This document shows, one piece after another, positions 19,408 through 27,107 of a stretch of DNA of 33,600 nt (the stretch's first letter is position 1; each line of letters starts with the position of its first letter). This DNA comes from Armatimonadota bacterium (GTDB lineage: Bacteria > Armatimonadota > UBA5829). Below the pieces are notes generated by a model, which was not told where the DNA came from, did no database searches, and saw only the letters and a program-made list of their open reading frames with translations. The stretch covers positions 1-33,600 of the forward strand of contig JBMFPI010000001.1 in assembly GCA_049969195.1 (NCBI GenBank), written 5' to 3'. A program made the position numbers and the translations under genes.

Positions 19408-20220
19408 ATGGCGGCTCAAGTCGGGCGACTCGCTATCGTCGGCGCCGGCATAATGGGGTCGGCTTTCGCTGCCGGCGCGATCAGCGCGGGCGTAATCAAA
19501 AGGGACGACATTACGATTGCCGACGTTGATGCGGGCAAACTCGAGAAGCTCGCGCGCGAGCTGAAGGTGACGATAGCCTCCGACAACGCCTCCGCAGCCC
19601 GAAACGCGGATATCGTCTTGATCGCGGTAAAGCCCGGAATCGTGCCGGAAGTGCTCGATGAGATCGCCGGGGAACTAACCGACAACAAGCTGGTCATCTC
19701 GATAGCCGCGGGAGTTAAGCTGGCGACGATTGAATCACGTCTGCCGGGCGCCACAAAGGCAATTCGTGCGATGCCCAACACTCCCTGTCGAATTCGCGCC
19801 GGAGCGGTCGCGTTTGCGCGCGGCAGGGCCGCTGGCGACGCTGAGGTCGCCATAGCGAAGCGGATATTCGACTCAGTCGGAATCTCATTTGAAGTGCCGG
19901 AGAATCTACTCGACGCCGTCACTGGGCTGAGCGGCAGTGGACCCGCGTACGTGTTCGTTATGATCGAGGCTCTCTCGGATGCAGGAGTACGCGTCGGGAT
20001 TCCGCGAGACCTGTCGAGCAAGCTGGCGGCGCAGACCGTACTGGGCGCCGCACGGATGATAGTCGAGGAAGACGAACACCCGGCAAGGCTTAAGGATCAG
20101 GTAGCCAGCCCGGGCGGCACGACTATTGCAGGCATTGACGCGCTCGAGAAGGCCGGGTTCAGATCGGCTATCATCGAGGCAGTCAAGGCGGCAACGAACC
20201 GCGCGAAAGAGCTCGGCTAG
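19408..20220 (+). CDS. proC: pyrroline-5-carboxylate reductase
   Basis: ATG 19408 with AGGAG RBS. IVGAGIMGSAFAAG Rossmann motif, RAMPNTP, SPGGTT. Confidence 0.93.
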   Translation: MAAQVGRLAIVGAGIMGSAFAAGAISAGVIKRDDITIADVDAGKLEKLARELKVTIASDNASAARNADIVLIAVKPGIVPEVLDEIAGELTDNKLVISIAAGVKLATIESRLPGATKAIRAMPNTPCRIRAGAVAFARGRAAGDAEVAIAKRIFDSVGISFEVPENLLDAVTGLSGSGPAYVFVMIEALSDAGVRVGIPRDLSSKLAAQTVLGAARMIVEEDEHPARLKDQVASPGGTTIAGIDALEKAGFRSAIIEAVKAATNRAKELG

Positions 20221-20282
20221 CGCCGGGTCGCACAAGTCTGCGACCTGCCGCGGCAGAGCGGCAGTTGGTTGGAGGCGCCGAG

Positions 20283-20834
20283 ATGGCACTTACACCGGTC
20301 GAAATCACACATACGCGGTTCAAGACCGCGCTGAGGGGTTATAACAAGCATCAAGTAGACGCATTCGTGCGCGCGGCTAGGGAAGCTCTGGAGCAGGCAC
20401 TTGCCGAGAAGTCGGAACTCCAGCGCAAGGCAGAAGTACTTCAACAGGAACTGGACAGGATTCGCAAGATCGAGTCGACAATGTCCAGTGCTCTGACGAT
20501 AGCTCAGAAGAGTGCTGATGACCTGCGGGCCAATGCGCACCGTCAGGCCGAGATGATCCTTCAGGAGGCTGAGCAGGCCAGGGTCAGGATGAATATAGAC
20601 GCCCAGCGCGAGTTGGAAAACGTGCGGGCCGAAATCGGGCGCCTAGAAGCAGCGCGGGACCGGTTCGTAGCCGAGCTGCGTGCTACAGTCTCGGCCTTTC
20701 AGGAGCTGCTTGAGAATCGGACGATTGCCGCGCAGCAGGCTTTGCCTCCCGAGCCCCAGGCCCCGGAGCAGGAAGTTGGGGAAGCCGGTGATGAACCCTC
20801 GCTCCCAGCGCTTCGGTCGGCGGATGCCGGGTAG
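20283..20834 (+). CDS. divIVA: DivIVA domain protein
   Basis: ATG 20283 with GGAGG 7 nt upstream. MALTPVEITHTRFKTALRGYNKHQVDAFV followed by a coiled-coil-like sequence. Confidence 0.85.
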   Translation: MALTPVEITHTRFKTALRGYNKHQVDAFVRAAREALEQALAEKSELQRKAEVLQQELDRIRKIESTMSSALTIAQKSADDLRANAHRQAEMILQEAEQARVRMNIDAQRELENVRAEIGRLEAARDRFVAELRATVSAFQELLENRTIAAQQALPPEPQAPEQEVGEAGDEPSLPALRSADAG

Positions 20835-20840
20835 CGCCCC

Positions 20841-21821
20841 GTGGAAAGCCGTCTGCCGCCTGCGACGAAGGCCTGGCGCTGGTACCTGATGGTGCTGGGG
20901 GTGGTCGTCGGAGCCATCGCAGCGTTAAATGCAGTGCCCGCCGTCTACGAGCCTGCGCCGCGGGCTGTTGAGCACCTTCCGGCGCGTAGCAGTGATATGG
21001 CCGCTACGGTGCTGGTTTTTGTGATAGTTCTGGCCGGCGTTGTAGGACTGGGACTTGCAGCGGGGTTCGTCCGAAACCGGCGCAGGCTCCTTTCGGGGGG
21101 TCGGCCGCGAATACAGCCTCAGGTGCCGCTGTTAGCGCTTCTGGTCTTCCTTGTAGCTAAGGCGGTCTTGGAATTGTGCTTTGCCACGGCAATCCTGGTC
21201 TCCACTTTGGATTCTGAATCGAATCTCGGCGCAACGGTGCATCTGACTGGCCAGATTGCCACCCTTGTGGCCGCGTTTGCGCTGGCGATGCGTGTATTGC
21301 GCTGGCTTACATCCGTTACGAACGAGGACGCCCGAGAGATCGGCTTCCATCCGATTGCGTTGACGAAGGCTGTTGGCTGGGGAATCGGGGGCTATTGCGC
21401 GGCCATACCGATCGCGTACGGGTCCGCTGCGGCCGTGTATTGGTTGTACCGGACATTCTCCGGACAGGCTGCAGTGCCTCAGCATCCGATCGTGCCGGAG
21501 ATGCTCAAAGGCACCCCAGCATTTGTCGTCGCTGTGACCCTGGCCGTCGTGGCGGCACCCGTTGTGGAAGAAACGGTCTTCCGTGGAATGCTCTACAGCG
21601 CTCTGCGCGCGGTTATCGGAACGTGGGGCGCGAGCGTTCTATCCGCGGCTGTCTTTGCCCTGGTGCACCCGACGTCGCCGATTATGTTTGTGCCGCTGCT
21701 GGCACTGGGCATCGTGTTCGCGATTCTCAGGGAGAGCACCGGTTCCCTGGCGCCGTCTATGGTCTGTCACGCCGCGAACAACGCCGTAATGATAGCGCTG
21801 GCCCGGCTAACGTGCGGGTGA
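20841..21821 (+). CDS. CPBP family intramembrane metalloprotease (CAAX/Abi-like)
   Basis: Polytopic membrane protein with EETVFRGMLY, FALVHP and HAANN motifs. The exact start is uncertain (GTG 20841 or downstream). Confidence 0.75.
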   Translation: MESRLPPATKAWRWYLMVLGVVVGAIAALNAVPAVYEPAPRAVEHLPARSSDMAATVLVFVIVLAGVVGLGLAAGFVRNRRRLLSGGRPRIQPQVPLLALLVFLVAKAVLELCFATAILVSTLDSESNLGATVHLTGQIATLVAAFALAMRVLRWLTSVTNEDAREIGFHPIALTKAVGWGIGGYCAAIPIAYGSAAAVYWLYRTFSGQAAVPQHPIVPEMLKGTPAFVVAVTLAVVAAPVVEETVFRGMLYSALRAVIGTWGASVLSAAVFALVHPTSPIMFVPLLALGIVFAILRESTGSLAPSMVCHAANNAVMIALARLTCG

Positions 21822-21978
21822 ACCGCTGGGGAAAGACTGGCTGTTTGGAAGAGCAAGTTCCCCATGCATAGAACCCGGGGCTTGAACTGTGCGCGCGGAG
21901 CTTAACCTTCCGCCTGTCGGAGACCAGTGCCCGATAGTATGAGGTTGTCGCAAACGTTGCGGACGAGGAGAAACTTAG

Positions 21979-22884
21979 ATGAAACTGGTTAGCTACCGCC
22001 GCGAGAGCGGCGAAGAGTGCGTAGGAATGTGGCGTGATGAACTCGACGGCCCGTACGACCTCATTCGCGCGATCATGCTTTTCAGCATCGCCGTTGACGA
22101 GATGCCTCTCCCGGTTGCGGATATGCTGGATCTTCTCGACACCGGACTTGTTGACCCGGAGTTGCTAAGGGAAGTAGATGAGTTCGTGGAGAGCACCGGG
22201 CTCGTTGCAATGCTCTCGGATGCCGATGATTTCACGCTTACGGCCCCAATCGCCCGACCGCGCGCCATCTATGCTCTCGGCCGCAATTACCCCGCTCACG
22301 CCCGCGAAAGCGGCGTGCAGATCCCCGAAGAACCCATCGTATTCGCCAAGGCGCCGACCGCGGTCGTCGGCCCTGAGGACGACGTTGTATATAGAAAGTG
22401 GCTGACGCGGGTAGATCCGGAAGCAGAGCTCGCCGTGATCATCGGAAGAAAAGGCTCAAACATAGCTGAGGAGGACGCATCGCTTTACATCGCCGGCTAC
22501 ACCTGCCTGAACGATGTCACCGCCCGCGACATCCAGCACAAGGACCTGACAAACTCGCACCCCTGGCTCAGAAGCAAGGGGATAGACACATTCTGCCCAA
22601 TGGGGCCCTGGATTGTGCTTCCCGACGAGATCACCCTCCCGCTCGAGCTAGACATCGAAATGCGTGTGAACGGCGAGGTCCGCCAGAAAGACAACACGCG
22701 CAGCATGACATTCAGCGTAGCGTATCTCATAAGCTGGATCTCGCGTTATCACACTCTGTACCCCGGCGATGTGATCTCCACCGGCACTCCGGAAGGCATG
22801 AAACCCGTGTTTCCGGGCGACGTTATGGAGGTGGAGGTCGAGCGCATCGGGGTGCTGAGGAACAAGGTGGTGGCTGAAAGTTGA
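21979..22884 (+). CDS. fumarylacetoacetate hydrolase (FAH) family protein
   Basis: GAGGAG RBS. The C-terminal ~200 aa (IYALGRNYPAHARE..., ELAVIIG, NDVTARD, GTPEG) is typical of the FAH fold. Confidence 0.85.
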   Translation: MKLVSYRRESGEECVGMWRDELDGPYDLIRAIMLFSIAVDEMPLPVADMLDLLDTGLVDPELLREVDEFVESTGLVAMLSDADDFTLTAPIARPRAIYALGRNYPAHARESGVQIPEEPIVFAKAPTAVVGPEDDVVYRKWLTRVDPEAELAVIIGRKGSNIAEEDASLYIAGYTCLNDVTARDIQHKDLTNSHPWLRSKGIDTFCPMGPWIVLPDEITLPLELDIEMRVNGEVRQKDNTRSMTFSVAYLISWISRYHTLYPGDVISTGTPEGMKPVFPGDVMEVEVERIGVLRNKVVAES

Positions 22885-23990
22885 GCGGGCCAACCACAGC
22901 CGAAATCGACCTCTCGGCGATCAGAGACAACCTCAGGGCCATCCTCTCCAGGGTCGGGCCGGGCGTGAAGATAATCCCCGCTGTCAAGGCGAATGCCTAC
23001 GGACACGGGGCGGTGCCGGTGAGCCGTGTTTGCCTGGAGGCCGGCGCGGACGCTCTGGGGGTCGCGTGCATCGAAGAGGCAATCGAGCTGCGAAAAGCGA
23101 ACATCTCTGCGCCGATCCTGATCCTGGGATGCAGCCTGCCCTGCGCCGCGGATGCCATTGTCGAACACGATGTGATCGCGACCTGCTGCGACCTGTCATT
23201 CGCCCGGGCGCTCTCAGAGTCGGCCGTAAGGCGCGGCGCCACGGCGTCCGTGCATATCAAGGTTGATACCGGAATGGGCCGAATCGGAATCTGGCCCGAG
23301 GAAGCAGTCGAGTTCGCTCGGAAGATAGCCGCTCTGCCAAATGTCAGCGTTGACGGCATCTTCACACACTTTCCCAGCGCGGACGAGCCTGACCGTTCAT
23401 TTACTTTGTCGCAAATCGCCGCATTCAGAAAGATCGTGGACGTTGTCAGGGAGTACTTCCCGGCCGTGCTCGCGCACGCATCTAACAGCGCCGGGATCCT
23501 GGCATACCCGGAAGCCGACTTCGACGCCGTTCGGCCCGGAATTATGCTATACGGGTGTTATCCGTCGGACCACGTTCCGCGGGACATTCCAATCAGAGAG
23601 GCTCTCACTCTCAAGACCCGCATCGTGTTCCTGAAGCAATGTCCACCAGGGACCTGCATCAGTTACGGGCGAACACACTCCCTCAGACGCAGATCCGTTA
23701 TCGCCACGATCCCGATCGGCTACGCCGACGGGTACTCTCGCCGGCTTTCGAACAGGGGCGAGGCGGCAGTTCGAGGCGTCCGCGTGCCGATAGTCGGCCG
23801 TGTCTGTATGGATCAGACTATGATCGACGTCACCGAAGTGCCGGGCGTCGCCGTCGGCGACGAGGTTGTCCTGTACGGGGGCGGATACGACTACCTCCAC
23901 CTGAGACGCATCGCCGACCTGGTCGAGACGATACCCTATGAAGTGCTTTGTGCGCTGGGTTCCCGTGTCGCCAGAGTCTACCTCAACTAA
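22881..23990 (+). CDS. alr: alanine racemase
   Basis: TTG start overlapping the FAH stop (TTGA). VKANAYGHG PLP-lysine motif, and a C-terminal GRVCMDQ block. Confidence 0.93.
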   Translation: MSGPTTAEIDLSAIRDNLRAILSRVGPGVKIIPAVKANAYGHGAVPVSRVCLEAGADALGVACIEEAIELRKANISAPILILGCSLPCAADAIVEHDVIATCCDLSFARALSESAVRRGATASVHIKVDTGMGRIGIWPEEAVEFARKIAALPNVSVDGIFTHFPSADEPDRSFTLSQIAAFRKIVDVVREYFPAVLAHASNSAGILAYPEADFDAVRPGIMLYGCYPSDHVPRDIPIREALTLKTRIVFLKQCPPGTCISYGRTHSLRRRSVIATIPIGYADGYSRRLSNRGEAAVRGVRVPIVGRVCMDQTMIDVTEVPGVAVGDEVVLYGGGYDYLHLRRIADLVETIPYEVLCALGSRVARVYLN

Positions 23991-24026
23991 TGGAACGTCG
24001 GCCTGTTTTGCAGGTTTTTCCTAGTT

Positions 24027-24125
24027 AGGCTGTTGCCGTGAGCCCGTTTTCGGCGATTTTGCCGCTTAGTGGGGGAGCGTCGAATCGCCGGAAACCCCGG
24101 ATTTGTATTCCATCGCAGCAATTCC
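24027..24125 (+). repeat. PE copy J (full, diverged)
   Basis: AGGCTGTTGCCGTGAGCCCGTTTTCGGCGA-TTTTGCCGCTTAGTGGGGGAGCGTCGAA-TCGCCGGAAACCC-CGGATTTGTAT-TCCATCGCAGCAATTCC. The 11-bp inner stem has 1 G:U on +. Confidence 0.8.
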
Positions 24126-24232
24126 TTGTTGCAAGCAGCAGGATGTGCAACCCTGCCCGCACCAAGGGTAACGAATCGCCGTTCAGTTTCCCGCAGAAGA
24201 GGAATTCGCCGCGTTTCGGGCTAAATGAAAGA

Positions 24233-24281
24233 CTGGGCGACTGCCGGGGACGTAGCCGTCCCATCTGGATGCGTCGCCCAG
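24233..24281 (+). other. nested hairpin in the 5' leader of the aminotransferase gene
   Basis: 9-bp outer stem CTGGGCGAC (24233-24241) / GTCGCCCAG (24273-24281) enclosing GGGACG-TAGC-CGTCCC. It ends 30 nt before the ATG at 24311. Confidence 0.35.
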
Positions 24282-24310
24282 CCGATTACGCAACTGAAAA
24301 GGAGAGTCAA

Positions 24311-25606
24311 ATGGCGTTGGCTGAGGACAAGCTGGCCATAGACGGCGGCATGCCGGTCAAGACGACGCAGACACCCCCCATGTATCCTGGCGGCCTGGAG
24401 ATAGGCGAAGAGGAAAAGGCCGAAATCCTGGACGTACTTGAACACAAGTACCTCTTCCGGTATTACGGGCCTTCGGATGCTCCTTCGAAGGTGAGGCAGC
24501 TCGAGGTCGAGTTCGCCAAATTGATCGGGATGAAGTACGCACTGGCAGTTAACTCCTGCACCTCCGCCCTGATATGCTCGTTGATCGCGGTGGGCGTAGG
24601 ACCGGGCGACGAGGTCATCGTGCCCGGATACACCTTCTTTGCCAGTTGTGCGGCCATCGTCGCGGCGAAGGCCATACCCGTTATCGCTGAGGTTGATGAT
24701 TCGCTTACCCTGGATCCCGATGACCTCGAGAAGAAGATCACGCCGCGGACAAAGGCCGTGATACCTGTCCACATGCGCGGCGCACCGTGTGACATGGACC
24801 GAATCCTTGCGGTGGCAAGAAAACACAATCTGAAGGTGGTCGAGGACGTCGCGCAGGCGTGCGGAGGGAGCTACAAAGGCAAGCGGCTCGGCTCCTTTGG
24901 AGACTGTAACGCTTTCAGCCTTCAGTATCACAAGATCATCACGGCAGGCGAGGGCGGACTGGTCGTGACGAACGACCTCCTGCTCTACGACCGAGCACAG
25001 GCCTATCACGACACGGCAGCTTGCTGGCGGCCCGACCGCTTCGGTCTACCGCGATACGAAGGCGAGGTCTTTCCCGGCGTGAACTTCCGCATGAGCGAGC
25101 TCCACGGGGCAGTCGCGCTGGCGCAGCTTCGCAAGCTCGACGGCCTGCTCGCAAGAATGCGCGCCAATAAGAAGCGAATCAAGGACCAGATCTCTGACAT
25201 CCCGGGAATCACGTTTCGCCGTCTGAACGACGAGGCGGGAGACACCGCAATCTGTCTCATATTCTTCCTCAAGGACGGCGAGACAACGGAAAAGTTTGCC
25301 AGGGCGCTCGCGGCGGAGGGTGTTCCGGCCGGCTGTATCTACTCGGAAGGCGTTCCGGACTGGCACATTTATGCTCACTGGAAGATGATAATGGACAAGG
25401 TTACGGCCACGCCAGAGGGATGTCCCTACACCTGCCACTACTACACCGAGCGCGGGGGCAAGGCCGAATACAGCCCAGATATGTGTCCAAAGACGCTGGA
25501 TTACCTGGGGCGCACGATCCATCTCGACATACCACCGCAGATGACTGAAGAGGACTGCGACCTGACTGCGAAAGCAATTCGCAAGGTCGCTAAGGCATTG
25601 CTGTAG
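24311..25606 (+). CDS. DegT/DnrJ/EryC1/StrS family PLP-dependent sugar aminotransferase
   Basis: ATG 24311 with GGAGAG RBS. Active-site lysine context FSLQYHKIITAGEGG. The track ORF start (24038) reads through repeat J. Confidence 0.88.
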   Translation: MALAEDKLAIDGGMPVKTTQTPPMYPGGLEIGEEEKAEILDVLEHKYLFRYYGPSDAPSKVRQLEVEFAKLIGMKYALAVNSCTSALICSLIAVGVGPGDEVIVPGYTFFASCAAIVAAKAIPVIAEVDDSLTLDPDDLEKKITPRTKAVIPVHMRGAPCDMDRILAVARKHNLKVVEDVAQACGGSYKGKRLGSFGDCNAFSLQYHKIITAGEGGLVVTNDLLLYDRAQAYHDTAACWRPDRFGLPRYEGEVFPGVNFRMSELHGAVALAQLRKLDGLLARMRANKKRIKDQISDIPGITFRRLNDEAGDTAICLIFFLKDGETTEKFARALAAEGVPAGCIYSEGVPDWHIYAHWKMIMDKVTATPEGCPYTCHYYTERGGKAEYSPDMCPKTLDYLGRTIHLDIPPQMTEEDCDLTAKAIRKVAKALL

Positions 25607-25671
25607 GAAGCTTCCTCCGCACCTGCGTTGCGGCTCCTGTTTTCCGGCGGAGCGCGCCGGGAACTCTTCTC

Positions 25672-25713
25672 CGGCCGTGTCTGACGAGCCGGATGCGCTG
25701 TCAGACACGGCCG
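25672..25713 (+). terminator. strong hairpin between aminotransferase gene and gpsA (terminator or leader structure)
   Basis: 14-bp perfect stem CGGCCGTGTCTGAC (25672-25685) / GTCAGACACGGCCG (25700-25713) with a 14-nt loop. No U-tract follows. Confidence 0.35.
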
Positions 25714-25746
25714 CATATATCGATGCGCTTCATTACGAGGGGCAAA

Positions 25747-26742
25747 TTGAACGTAGCGGTACTGGGTTCCGGGAGCTGGGGTACGGCCCTCGCGGTCTTG
25801 CTGGCTAAAAAAGGGTGCCCGGTCAATCTCTGGGGCATACCTCAAGAGGCCGAGGCGATTGCCCGCGACCGCGAAAATCGGCGCTACCTGCCCGGCGTGC
25901 ATCTATCGGATGCGATTCACCCCACCAGTGACATCGACGAAGCGCTGGCAGCCCGAGAAGCGGTTGTTCTCGCGATCCCGAGTACAGGGGTCCGAGAGGT
26001 AGCCCGACTACTCAAGAACAGGATCTCAGCCGGGGTGCTTCTTGTGAATGCGGGCAAGGGACTGGAGAGCACTACCGGACTCAGGGGTTCGCAGGTCATT
26101 CGTGAGGAGTTAGGGGACGAAATTGGCAACGCGTGCGTTGCGCTTTCAGGACCCAATCTGGCCGTCGAGCTGGCAAGGGATATTCCGACAGCCACGGTTG
26201 TCGCGTGCGCATCAGCGGAGCGAGCCACCGCCGCGCAAGAGTTATTCTGGGCGCCAAGCCTCCGCGTGTACCGCAATTCCGACGTGGTCGGCGTCGAACT
26301 GGGCGGTGCTCTGAAGAACGTGCTCGCCATCGGCGCGGGGGTATCCGACGGTCTCGGATACGGCGACAACACCAAGGCCAGCCTGGTAACAAGGGGCCTG
26401 ATGGAGATGATTCGCCTCGGCACGGCACTCGGCGCGGACCCGCGGACGTTTACCGGCCTTTCGGGTTTCGGCGATTTGATGGCCACGTGCGCTAGTCGTC
26501 TTTCGCGAAACCTGCGCCTTGGGCTGATGCTTGGCCAGGGCAAAACGCTCGAAGAAAGCTTGCGCGAGCTTGGCCAGGTCGCCGAAGGCATGCACACCTG
26601 CGAGGCCGCATATCTCCTGAGCCGGCGACTCGATGTATACATGCCGATCACGAGCGAGGTTCACGCCGTGCTTTTTGAGGGCAAGCCGCCGCGCAGGGCA
26701 GTCCACGACTTGATGTCCCGCGACCACAAGGAAGAGTTTTGA
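25747..26742 (+). CDS. gpsA: NAD(P)H-dependent glycerol-3-phosphate dehydrogenase
   Basis: MNVAVLGSGSWGTALAVLLA from TTG 25747 (GAGGGG RBS). ATG 25723 is an alternative start. GGALKNVLAIGAG motif. Confidence 0.92.
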   Translation: MNVAVLGSGSWGTALAVLLAKKGCPVNLWGIPQEAEAIARDRENRRYLPGVHLSDAIHPTSDIDEALAAREAVVLAIPSTGVREVARLLKNRISAGVLLVNAGKGLESTTGLRGSQVIREELGDEIGNACVALSGPNLAVELARDIPTATVVACASAERATAAQELFWAPSLRVYRNSDVVGVELGGALKNVLAIGAGVSDGLGYGDNTKASLVTRGLMEMIRLGTALGADPRTFTGLSGFGDLMATCASRLSRNLRLGLMLGQGKTLEESLRELGQVAEGMHTCEAAYLLSRRLDVYMPITSEVHAVLFEGKPPRRAVHDLMSRDHKEEF

Positions 26743-26839
26743 ACCTGCCTCTGCGACCGCGGCGAAAGCGCTTCCTAAATCGGCGAAGGATGTATCAGAT
26801 CAACACGACTTCCTAAGGGCACCCGCCGGATAGCAAACT

Positions 26840-26858
26840 TACCCGTAGCCGACGGGTA
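26840..26858 (+). terminator. weak terminator-like hairpin downstream of gpsA
   Basis: TACCCGT-AGCCG-ACGGGTA followed by TTTC (short T tract). Confidence 0.3.
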
Positions 26859-27107
26859 TTTCAAGAGAAACCTCCCGAAACATCTGATAAACACCAATGC
26901 GCGGATACAATCAGGTAGCACAACCCACCAACTGCTCGGCTTGGCAGCATACTCCGGCAAGTGACCTAATTTCCGGACAGCAGATGTTCGAACTCACGCC
27001 GCCGCAATCGGCATGCCCTGAAGGGATAAACCGGGGCCGCGTCTAAGCCGAAAGCCTGAGACACCGCACCACTCATGGTTCACAGAATGTTTGCGAGAGG
27101 ACATCTG

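Noticed and set aside
21941-21970. GAGGTTGTCGCAAACGTTGCGGACGAGG as a solo PE terminus
   Set aside because: Only ~12 nt resemble the outer arm and there is no core GCGTTTTCGGCGA motif. It is more simply a small hairpin next to the FAH RBS.
24038-24310. N-terminal extensions of track ORFs (24038 for the aminotransferase, 17540 for yggS, 19369 for proC, 25693 for gpsA, 20265 for divIVA, 27075 for the sulfatase-like gene)
   Set aside because: The extensions read through PE repeats or hairpins and lack an RBS. Internal starts with good RBSs reproduce the family-typical N-termini.
26941-26960. TGGCA motif as a sigma54 -24 element
   Set aside because: The -12 position reads TCCG rather than TTGC, and the spacing does not fit TGGCAC-N5-TTGC.
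26975-27000. GTTCGAA T-loop-like motif suggesting a tRNA
   Set aside because: No complementary T-stem, acceptor stem or anticodon arm can be drawn around it.
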